The position numbers were made by a program, and so were the translations under genes. From an uncultured delta proteobacterium (GTDB taxonomy: Bacteria; Myxococcota_A; Polyangia; Polyangiales; Houyiibacteriaceae): DNA of 64,000 nt. Of this stretch, positions 56,681 through 64,000 are shown piece by piece; position 1 is the stretch's first letter, and each line of letters begins with the position of its first letter. Below the pieces are notes generated by a model. That model was not told where the DNA came from, ran no database searches, and saw only the letters and a list, made by a program, of their open reading frames with translations. Location: the NCBI GenBank assembly GCA_963746475.1, contig CAVVBB010000001.1, positions 692,154 to 756,153 on the forward strand, given 5' to 3'.

Positions 56681-58117
56681 ATGCGTTGGCTTAGACGCGG
56701 CGCGCTGGCGCTCTCGTTGCTGCTGGGCCTGAACACCGGAGCTTCGGGTCAATCGTATACGTCTTACGAATCGGTGGGACTCGCGCGCGAGGTCAAGATC
56801 ACCATACCGGACGACCTCGAACAGGTGCGCGGCATCGTGGTCTCCCTGTCGGTCTTTGGCATGGAGGGCTTCGTCCCCGAAGCCTTTGCTCGGACGCTTG
56901 GCTTCGTCCACTTGGAGTACGAGGGCTTTCGTCCAGAAGGGATCGTCGGCAACGATCCGAACGGCGACTTCTACGGACCCGACGTACTGGAAGCCATCGC
57001 CCAAATCGCCCTCGAGTCCGGACACCCGGAGCTCCGAAATGCGCCGATGGTGTGGACGGGATTCTCGGACGGCTCGAGCTCCGGTCTCGCGATGGCGAGC
57101 GTGGTTCCGGAGCGCATGATCGCCATCGGCGAAAACGACGGCTCCATCAACGTCTATGAGGGATGGAACACTAGTGACCTGCCTACGGCACTTCCGATGC
57201 CACCGAGTCTTCGGAGCATTCCGATCCTGTTTTGTTCCGCCGAGAACAGTGAAGACTTCGAAAAGTTCGTCATCGACAACCGTGCGCTGGGGGCCTTGTG
57301 GGCCAGAGCCTCGATGCATACGCGCACCTCGCACGAGCCTGGCCAACGCGCCTGGCCGATGATCTATTACTTTCTTTCCGAGGTCATCAAAGGTCGATAC
57401 CCGACGGATGCCACACCGAAGATCTACGACGACTTGACCCGTAGCAGTGTTCCTCTTCTCGTGCCGGACGAAAACGCGGGGTACCTTGCGCAAAGCACCA
57501 GAGGCCAGGCCTTTCAATCGTTGGCCCCTTTCGAGGCCTTCACCGGTGACCCGAGTCGCGCGTCCTGGCTGCCGAGCGAGGCCCTCGCCGATGGCTTTCG
57601 AAGCGTGGCAAGCTGGAACCGCAACGGCCCGCTGGACCCGCTCGGCAAGGACGTGAGCTTCATAGATCCCGGTAAACGCTGGACAAAAGTCGTTAACCTC
57701 GACCCCTCGTGGACCGACTGGGAGCAGGTCGAAGTCTACGACGGCGCTCGAGTACTGGCCGTCTACGAACCGGGCGACCCCTTGATCTTTTCGTTTCTGG
57801 CCAGCGAAGACGGGATCGGCGCGCATCTCCTCTACGCAATCGCGAGCCGCGGCGAGGAGCGCGCCGTCAGCCCCCCAAGCCTTCTCGTGGTCGAGGGAAT
57901 CGCCCCACTGCCCTTCGAGCCCTTTGTAGGAAGCACGCCGCCCCCGGCGCGCCCAGACCCGAGCTCGGTCCCGCGCTCCGACGGACCGAGCGCGGACACA
58001 GACGGCTGCCAGCTCGCCCCAGGGGGGAGCCCCAATGCCGCCCTGCTGCTCTACCTCCTCATCGCGCTGCTAGCCGCTCGCCGAAACGCATGCCGAGCGC
58101 GAAACCAGCAGCGCTAA
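56681..58117 (+). CDS. secreted putative serine hydrolase with MYXO-CTERM-like sorting tail
   Basis: The signal is MRWLRRGALALSLLLGLNTGASG. A possible nucleophile elbow is TGFSDGSS. The C-terminus DGCQLAPGGSPNAALLLYLLIALLAARRN resembles the MYXO-CTERM Cys-hydrophobic-basic pattern. Confidence 0.55.
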   Translation: MRWLRRGALALSLLLGLNTGASGQSYTSYESVGLAREVKITIPDDLEQVRGIVVSLSVFGMEGFVPEAFARTLGFVHLEYEGFRPEGIVGNDPNGDFYGPDVLEAIAQIALESGHPELRNAPMVWTGFSDGSSSGLAMASVVPERMIAIGENDGSINVYEGWNTSDLPTALPMPPSLRSIPILFCSAENSEDFEKFVIDNRALGALWARASMHTRTSHEPGQRAWPMIYYFLSEVIKGRYPTDATPKIYDDLTRSSVPLLVPDENAGYLAQSTRGQAFQSLAPFEAFTGDPSRASWLPSEALADGFRSVASWNRNGPLDPLGKDVSFIDPGKRWTKVVNLDPSWTDWEQVEVYDGARVLAVYEPGDPLIFSFLASEDGIGAHLLYAIASRGEERAVSPPSLLVVEGIAPLPFEPFVGSTPPPARPDPSSVPRSDGPSADTDGCQLAPGGSPNAALLLYLLIALLAARRNACRARNQQR

Positions 58118-58174
58118 CACTGGCACGGCGGCCGCCACCGAGACGGAGGCAGCCCTGTGTTCCTTCGCTCCCCC

Positions 58175-59440
58175 TTACAACAGCATGCTCACTGGAGATT
58201 CGATGATCTGCTTCAGTTGCTGTAGGTACTGGGCGCCGGTCGCGCCATCGATGACGCGGTGGTCGCAGCTCATGGTGAGCCGCATCCGTTTGCCGGGAAC
58301 GAGCTGACCGTCTCTAACGACGGGCTCTTCACGGATGGTGCCCACGGCGAGGATCGCGCCCTCGGGAGGATTGATGACCGCCGTGAACTGCTCGATTCCA
58401 TACATCCCGAGATTCGAAATGGAAAAGGTTCCCCCGGTCATGTCTTCGGGCTGAAGCTTGCGGTCCCTGGCACGCGCGGCCAGATCTTTCACTTCGTCCG
58501 CGATCTGGCTGATGCCTTTGCGATCCGCGTCGCGAATGACGGGAGTCATCAGGCCCTCGGGCACAGCCACGGCGACCGAGATGTCGACGACTTGGTGACG
58601 ATGGATCTCTCCGTCGACCCAGGAAGCGTTGACGGCGGGAAACCGCCGTAGCCCCACGGCGCAGGCCTTGATGATCAGGTCGTTCAGCGAGACTTTCCTC
58701 CCCTGTGCTTCGAGCAGCAGGTTCAGCTGCTTGCGCGCCTGGTTCAAGGGCTCGATATCGACGTCGATGCCGAGGTAGTAGTGCGGGATTTCCTGCTTGG
58801 ACTGGGTGAGGCGCCGGGCAATCGTCCGCCGCATGCTGCTGGCTTTTTCGACGCGTGGCGCAAGACGCTCGTAGCCGGCGGAGAACGTGGCTGCCGCCTG
58901 CGGGGAGGCGAGATAGGCTTGCAGATCGCGCTTGACGATGCGTCCGTGCGGACCCGTCCCGGTCACGCTCTTCAGGTCGACGCCTTCCTCCCTCGCAATC
59001 CTGCGGACCGCTGGAGACGACAGAACGCGTCCCCCATTCGCCGCCACGGCCGGAGCAGCCTGCGCCTCGGAAGCCGGCTGCTCGGCGGCCTGCGCCGGTG
59101 GTTCTGGGGCGGCCTGCGCTGCCTCGCTTTCGCCGCCACCTGCCGCTCGGACAGCCTTGGCGCTAGCAGCTGCCTCTGCGACGAGGGCCGAAATGTCCTC
59201 TCCGGCCTTGCCGATGATCGCTACCGGCACTTCGGGTAGCAAGGTCTCCCCGGCCGGGACGAGGATCTTCAAGAGCACGCCCTTGTCGAAGGAGCGGAAC
59301 TCCATGGTCGCCTTGTCAGTCTCGACCTCGGCGAGCAGGTCGTCGATGTCGACCGGGTCCCCTTCGTTCTTGCTCCAGGCGACGATCGTCCCCTCTTCCA
59401 TGGTGGGGGAGAGCTTTGGCAGTCCGATGATCTTAGCCAT
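58175..59440 (-). CDS. pdhC: pyruvate dehydrogenase complex E2 dihydrolipoamide acetyltransferase
   Basis: The lipoyl domain has EVETDKATMEF. The E1/E3-binding domain is SSPAVRRIAREEGVDL. The catalytic motif is DHRVIDGA. Confidence 0.9.
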   Translation of the reverse strand: MAKIIGLPKLSPTMEEGTIVAWSKNEGDPVDIDDLLAEVETDKATMEFRSFDKGVLLKILVPAGETLLPEVPVAIIGKAGEDISALVAEAAASAKAVRAAGGGESEAAQAAPEPPAQAAEQPASEAQAAPAVAANGGRVLSSPAVRRIAREEGVDLKSVTGTGPHGRIVKRDLQAYLASPQAAATFSAGYERLAPRVEKASSMRRTIARRLTQSKQEIPHYYLGIDVDIEPLNQARKQLNLLLEAQGRKVSLNDLIIKACAVGLRRFPAVNASWVDGEIHRHQVVDISVAVAVPEGLMTPVIRDADRKGISQIADEVKDLAARARDRKLQPEDMTGGTFSISNLGMYGIEQFTAVINPPEGAILAVGTIREEPVVRDGQLVPGKRMRLTMSCDHRVIDGATGAQYLQQLKQIIESPVSMLL

Positions 59441-59443
59441 GAT

Positions 59444-60430
59444 TCACTTCGCGTAACTGACGCGGCGCACGGCGTCGATGACGCGCTCCTCCGTCGGTTG
59501 GACTAGGTTTTCCAAATTGAGCGCGTATGGCATGGGCACGTCGAGCCCGGTCACGCGCTCGATCGGTGCGTCCAGATAGTCGAAGGCCTGCCTCTGTAGC
59601 CGGTCGACGATTTCCGCACCGGGTCCGCCGTAGGGCCAGTGCTCGTGGACGATGACGCAGCGGTTGGTCTTCTTGAGGCTCTGCACCATCGCCTCGTCGT
59701 CGAGCGGCCGAAGCGAGCGGGGGTCGATGACCTCGCAGTCGATGCCGTCCTCGGCAAGCTTGTCGGCTGCGGCCATCACTGTGTAGTACGGCCGCCCCCA
59801 GCTAATGATCGTGCAGTCCGAGCCCTGCCGGGCGATGCGCGCCTTTCCGAATGGAATGAGCTCCTCTTCGCCCTCATCGGGCACGTCGCCCTTGAGCCCA
59901 TACAGCATCTCGTTTTCGAGGAAGATGACCGGATTGTCGCTGCGGATGGCCGTCTTGAGCATGCCCTTGGAGTCACGCGCCGTGCTGGGCGACACGACGT
60001 ACAGGCCCGGGATGTGCGCATAGAAGGGCTCGACGCAGTGGCTGTGCTGCGCAGCCACCTGTCGCGCCGCGCCGTTAGGTCCACGGAACACGATGGGCAC
60101 CTTGAACTGCCCGGCGCTCATCTGGTGGATCTTCGCGGCATTGCTGATGATTTGATCGAAGGCGACGAACGAAAAGTTCCAGGACATGAACTCGATGATG
60201 GGCCGCAGTCCCACCATGGCGGCGCCTATACCGACGCCGGCAAAGCCGGCCTCCGCAATAGGCGTGTCAATGACGCGCTTCTGACCAAACTCTTCGAGGA
60301 GGCCTTCGGAAACCTTGTAGGCGCCTTGGTAATAGCCGACCTCTTCGCCCATCAGGAAGATGCTCTCGTCGCGCGCCATCTCCTCTTGCATGGCCTCCCT
60401 CAGGGCCTGCCGAATGGTGATCTGTCTCAC
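59444..60430 (-). CDS. pdhB: pyruvate dehydrogenase E1 component beta subunit
   Basis: ITIRQALREAMQEEMARDESIFLMGEEVGYYQGAYKVSEGL is present. The GTG start overlaps the E1 alpha stop (GTGA). Confidence 0.9.
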   Translation of the reverse strand: MRQITIRQALREAMQEEMARDESIFLMGEEVGYYQGAYKVSEGLLEEFGQKRVIDTPIAEAGFAGVGIGAAMVGLRPIIEFMSWNFSFVAFDQIISNAAKIHQMSAGQFKVPIVFRGPNGAARQVAAQHSHCVEPFYAHIPGLYVVSPSTARDSKGMLKTAIRSDNPVIFLENEMLYGLKGDVPDEGEEELIPFGKARIARQGSDCTIISWGRPYYTVMAAADKLAEDGIDCEVIDPRSLRPLDDEAMVQSLKKTNRCVIVHEHWPYGGPGAEIVDRLQRQAFDYLDAPIERVTGLDVPMPYALNLENLVQPTEERVIDAVRRVSYAK

Positions 60431-61401
60431 AGCTCCGTCTCCTCGGCCAGGGACAGGCTTCTCATCAAGTCCTCGCGGGCAGGCGGCGATTCGTCGGCAA
60501 ACTTCAGCGCGGCGTCGATTTGCTCGTCGGCCTGCTCGTCGATGTCGTCGAGTTGCTGCTCATCGACGCCGTGGGAGCCCGTCAGTCTGTCATGCAGGAC
60601 GTGCAGAGGGTCGAGCTGCTTCTTTTCGTCGACCTCGGTCCGGGGCCGGTACTTGGCCGGGTCGCTCATGGAGTGACCACGAAAACGATAGGTCTCGATC
60701 TCGATGAAGGTCGGACCGCCACCGCTGCGCGCGCGTTCGATGGCGGCGCCGATGCGCTCCTCGACCACGGCTACGTCGTGCCCCTGGAAGCGGTCACCGA
60801 CCATGCCGTAGCCCTTCGCCTTGATCGAGAGGTCCTTGAGCGGGCTGGTCCGCTCCAAGGGAGTTCCCATGGCGTACTGATTGTTCTCGACGACAAACAC
60901 GATGGGTAGCTTCCAGAGACCGGCTAGGCTCATCGCTTCGTGGAAGCCACCAATGTTCGTCGAGCCTTCGCCGAAGAAGCAAATCGTCGCACTGTCGTCG
61001 CCTACGTAACGGCTCTTGAACGCCGTCCCGGCGGCGACCGCGAGATGCCCGCCGACGATGCCCCAGCCGCCCATGAAGTGCGTCGCGGCGTCGAAGAAGT
61101 GCATGGAGCCCCCCATCCCGCGAGCGCAGCCCGTGTCCTTCCCGTAGAGCTCCGCCATCGCAGCACCGACGTCCATGCCGCGGGCAATCGCCATGCCGTG
61201 GTCACGGTAGGTCTGAAACACGTAGTCGCTTGGCCGCAGGACGGCACAAGCCCCCACCGCAATCGCCTCCTGACCAATGTATAGATGAAGAAACCCGCCA
61301 ATCTTTCCGAGCGCATAGCTGCGCGCGGCTTCCTCTTCGAAGCGGCGGATGACTCTCATCGTTCGGTACTGCCCGAGCAGCTTGTCCGTATCTGTCACCA
61401 A
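60427..61401 (-). CDS. pdhA: pyruvate dehydrogenase E1 component alpha subunit
   Basis: The start is non-ATG (TTG at 61401 or GTG at 61398). YRTMRVIRRFEEEAARSY..GKIGGFLHLYIGQEA is present, along with the TPP-binging region GEGSTNIGGFHEAMSLAGLWKLPIVFVVENNQYAMGT. Confidence 0.9.
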   Translation of the reverse strand: MVTDTDKLLGQYRTMRVIRRFEEEAARSYALGKIGGFLHLYIGQEAIAVGACAVLRPSDYVFQTYRDHGMAIARGMDVGAAMAELYGKDTGCARGMGGSMHFFDAATHFMGGWGIVGGHLAVAAGTAFKSRYVGDDSATICFFGEGSTNIGGFHEAMSLAGLWKLPIVFVVENNQYAMGTPLERTSPLKDLSIKAKGYGMVGDRFQGHDVAVVEERIGAAIERARSGGGPTFIEIETYRFRGHSMSDPAKYRPRTEVDEKKQLDPLHVLHDRLTGSHGVDEQQLDDIDEQADEQIDAALKFADESPPAREDLMRSLSLAEETEL

Positions 61402-61535
61402 GTCCCCTTGCGCGTACTTTAAGGAACGGCCGCGGAGAATGCCAACCGCGACGAAGCTTTCCTGAGCACAGTAGCGCTTCTTCGAAAGAAGTCAGGAACC
61501 TGCGCCGAAACTGCAAGGCAACAAACTGGCCATTC

Positions 61536-64000
61536 CTAAAAGAAGTTACTGATGCCGTAGGCCTTTTGTAGCTCGATCAGGTATTCGAGGAAGGATTCGC
61601 CCTGCTGTAGCTCCTGGAGCTTGAGGTTTCGAGCCGGATCGCTGGCCTGAAAGCTGCGTACTTCGTTTTGCAGGTCGACCAGGCGGCGAAGAAGCTGAAA
61701 CCCGATCTGTTCTTCCTCGAGGTTGAGGGCAAGGCTCGGCCGCACCTTGACCGCGACGTAAGGGGTCCGAAAGCGGTCCGATTCGTAAACCACGTAGTCC
61801 GCGTCCTGCGCATAGTCGCAGCCATTCGGTACGGCCGGATCGACCACGAAGTGACCGGCACCGAGCCCGTCGCTGCCGTAGACGCAGGTCGGGCTTCCGT
61901 CTGGCTGGACGTCTGCAATGTCGAACGCCACCCCACTGCCCGCCTTGAAGACGAGGAGCCTCTGCTCGAAGGTCGTGTCGTAGTAAACGGGGAACTGTGC
62001 AAGCGCGAGAATCGCGGCCCAGCTCCGAAGAATCTCGTTCGAGGTCCCCTTCACGACGGGGCCGGGGTACACCTCCGGCTGACTTCCCCGGCAAGGAACG
62101 CTCGCGGTCCCGGCTTCATTGACGCATTCGCCGAGAGCGAGCCCTCGATACCAGCTCATGTGCTGAACGACCGGTTCGCCGTCGCGCATGAGCAGACGAG
62201 GCGCGAACCAACGCTCGTCCTGCAGAATCAGTCCGCCGAAGAGCTCGGTCATCTCCGTCGGAAAGAGATCGTAGAAGTTGATGAAGTAGCGTTCGTCGAC
62301 ATTGAAGTCGAGGTTCCAGTCCCGCTTGGCCAGCGCAAGCAGGGCCGTCATCTTGTCGTAGAACACGCCCGCCCGCTCGGGGCGAAAGAAACCGAAGTAG
62401 CCATCCTGGTACTTCGTCCACATGCCGAAGCCCTGCCCGGGCAGGAGGCTGATGTCCGCACTGGGCAGGTCGATCGACTCCCCTATCCAGCGGTAGGCGT
62501 TGTCGCCCGCGTCGAATTCATAGGAGCCCTCGTTCGGAAGATTCACGAGCTCGATGAACCAGTTCATCGCCTCGATCGAGGCCAGGAACTGGTCCTCGAA
62601 GCCTAGCGGCCCAGCCTTCGAAGAGAATCCGGGCTCGAAGTTGTAACGAAAGAACAGGTGCTGGAAGATCTTGGCGGCCGTGCTCACCGCCATCGTGGCG
62701 CCTGCGCCGCGTGCGCCGCGTCGCTGGAAGCGGCGATAGTAGTCGACCGGGTACCGCTCCTCCCAGCCACGGCGATAGTGATCGATGACCTCCTCGAAGC
62801 TCTCGCCGGCGTCGAACGGGTTACACCAGGAGATGTCTTTGCTGCGTTCGTCCGGGCAGAAAAGGTACTTCACGGAGGCGAAGTCACGGTCCGAGGAACT
62901 GCCCGGATAGGCCGCGAAGTCATCGTAGTCCTGCATGTCGGCGTCGAAGCTCGAGCAGAGGCAGCCTCTGTGCCCGCGGCAAGGTTCCTGCGGGAACCGG
63001 AACCGCGGGTTCTGAACGCAGCGCTGGTAGACCGGCTGTCCCTGAACCAAGGCCTCGGAGCCCTTCGAGTACGGGCAGTCGGCGTCGACGGAGCAGCTCT
63101 GCCCACCCAGATACGAGCGCCACCAAACGCGCCCGGCTTCGTGGCTGCGCTTGAGACCCTGTAAGGAGCTATCCTCGTCGGTAGCGAGCTCCCCCTCGAT
63201 GGACCGTAGGTCGAAGGCTTCCTGGAGGTCGAAGTAGTTCCAGAGGGTGGCCGCGACGTCGTAGCGACCCAGGCCCTGCGCATCGGACGAGTCGCCGTTG
63301 TAGTCCATGGTTGAGCTCGTCATGTAGTTGTGGGCGCCGCGGGCCGCGCGCTGATCCCGCACCTCTCTCAAGTCGGACAAAAACACGTCGAATTCGCTGC
63401 CTGCGACGAAGCCGTCATCGTCCAAATCGTAGTCTTGCATTCTCGGCAGGGGCAGCGCCTGCCCGTTCTCCCCGAGCACCACGTTGAAGTAGCCGTCACC
63501 GTACTGCTGCCGGTCGAGGCTCGCGCCGAAGTTGTGGCGCAGACCGACCGAATGACCGATCTCATGGTGCTGCACGCTGCGCGCGTAGAGCTGTTGCATG
63601 CGGATCGAGGCCTCCGCGGGGGGCCGGCCGCGAAAGGCTTCCGCCCAGTACTCGGCGTAGCGGGAGCGAAAGAGAGGCTCGTTCAGCGGGCAGATCCCGT
63701 AGTCGCTCATCTCTTGCTCGGAATCGACTCCGCTCGTGAGCGTTCGCATGAACCCCGATCCCCGAAACGGCGATATCTGGTCGAGCACGGCAGCGTCGTA
63801 AATGCTGCTCTGAGCATCGAGCCCGAAGACGAAGTCCTGTCCGTGATCGAAGTGCCGTGAGAGGGCCTCGAAGCCGTTGGGTCCGAGGGAGCCCATGAGC
63901 TTCTGCTCGATGGGCGTGCCCTGAAGACGGCGCATCCGGTCGCTCATGATCTGGGCCCTACCGTCGATGCCTCGGAGCGACTCGGTGCGCTCGACGGCGA
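61536..64000 (-). CDS. large secreted zinc metalloprotease (HEIGHSVGLRHNF met-zincin), N-terminus probably outside the window
   Basis: The HExxHxxGxxH motif is HEIGHSVGLRHNF. The same frame stays open upstream of the ATG at 63947 to the window edge (...AVERTESLRGIDGRAQIM). Confidence 0.72.
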   Translation of the reverse strand, partial: AVERTESLRGIDGRAQIMSDRMRRLQGTPIEQKLMGSLGPNGFEALSRHFDHGQDFVFGLDAQSSIYDAAVLDQISPFRGSGFMRTLTSGVDSEQEMSDYGICPLNEPLFRSRYAEYWAEAFRGRPPAEASIRMQQLYARSVQHHEIGHSVGLRHNFGASLDRQQYGDGYFNVVLGENGQALPLPRMQDYDLDDDGFVAGSEFDVFLSDLREVRDQRAARGAHNYMTSSTMDYNGDSSDAQGLGRYDVAATLWNYFDLQEAFDLRSIEGELATDEDSSLQGLKRSHEAGRVWWRSYLGGQSCSVDADCPYSKGSEALVQGQPVYQRCVQNPRFRFPQEPCRGHRGCLCSSFDADMQDYDDFAAYPGSSSDRDFASVKYLFCPDERSKDISWCNPFDAGESFEEVIDHYRRGWEERYPVDYYRRFQRRGARGAGATMAVSTAAKIFQHLFFRYNFEPGFSSKAGPLGFEDQFLASIEAMNWFIELVNLPNEGSYEFDAGDNAYRWIGESIDLPSADISLLPGQGFGMWTKYQDGYFGFFRPERAGVFYDKMTALLALAKRDWNLDFNVDERYFINFYDLFPTEMTELFGGLILQDERWFAPRLLMRDGEPVVQHMSWYRGLALGECVNEAGTASVPCRGSQPEVYPGPVVKGTSNEILRSWAAILALAQFPVYYDTTFEQRLLVFKAGSGVAFDIADVQPDGSPTCVYGSDGLGAGHFVVDPAVPNGCDYAQDADYVVYESDRFRTPYVAVKVRPSLALNLEEEQIGFQLLRRLVDLQNEVRSFQASDPARNLKLQELQQGESFLEYLIELQKAYGISNFF

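Noticed and set aside
55259-57826. Minus-strand ORFs 55259-56563 (434 aa) and 56594-57826 (410 aa).
   Set aside because: They are antisense to the GlcD-like gene, which has clear FAD-oxidase motifs, and to the signal-peptide/MYXO-CTERM gene. Their translations are low-complexity and Arg/Gly/Asp-rich.

Overview
High-GC bacterial chromosomal segment with Myxococcota hallmarks: a MYXO-CTERM-like tail, an AgmX/PglI-type C-terminal domain, a myxobacterial Cys-rich repeat and FHA signalling. I call about 47 protein-coding genes, one P450 pseudogene and one tRNA-Gly(GCC). I recognised no rRNA, CRISPR array, transposase or integrase. Family assignments come from motif recognition by eye, not from searches. 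The most unusual content is a compact, same-strand, translationally coupled gene cluster at 1.3-18.4 kb on the minus strand. It encodes (1) an NRPS with a formyltransferase-like domain, only the C-terminal lobe of a condensation domain, a Gly-type adenylation domain split by a luciferase-like monooxygenase, and a PCP. It also encodes (2) a type I PKS in the non-canonical order KS-AT-KR-DH-CP-TE, (3) an SGNH-like lipoprotein, (4) a FAAL-ACP-GNAT-like tridomain protein, (5) a membrane fatty-acid desaturase and (6) a GNAT. I could not match this combination to any characterised pathway. A truncated P450 remnant marks its upstream edge. Second, a 3.8-kb islet (22.8-26.6 kb) is bracketed by tRNA-Gly and a 47-nt direct repeat of the tRNA 3' part. 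It has no integrase and carries one large secreted protein that fuses a beta-propeller, a Cys-rich repeat and a fibrillin-like domain. Third, an FHA-fused CpaF/TadA-like ATPase has a degenerate Walker A (GAGVTT) and sits between a LuxR-type response regulator and an EAL protein. The rest is mostly housekeeping: LolC/E-like permease, Slt, WS/DGAT-SCP2, DnaJ, NadA, HemW, CcmAB, TlpA, OtsAB, CysQ, Fbp, PpiD-like, M16 peptidase, MoaD-MoaE fusion, PssA, GlcD, PDH E1alpha/E1beta/E2 and a large Zn-metalloprotease running off the right edge. A 14-bp tandem duplication and a (GACG)n microsatellite lie just after pssA.
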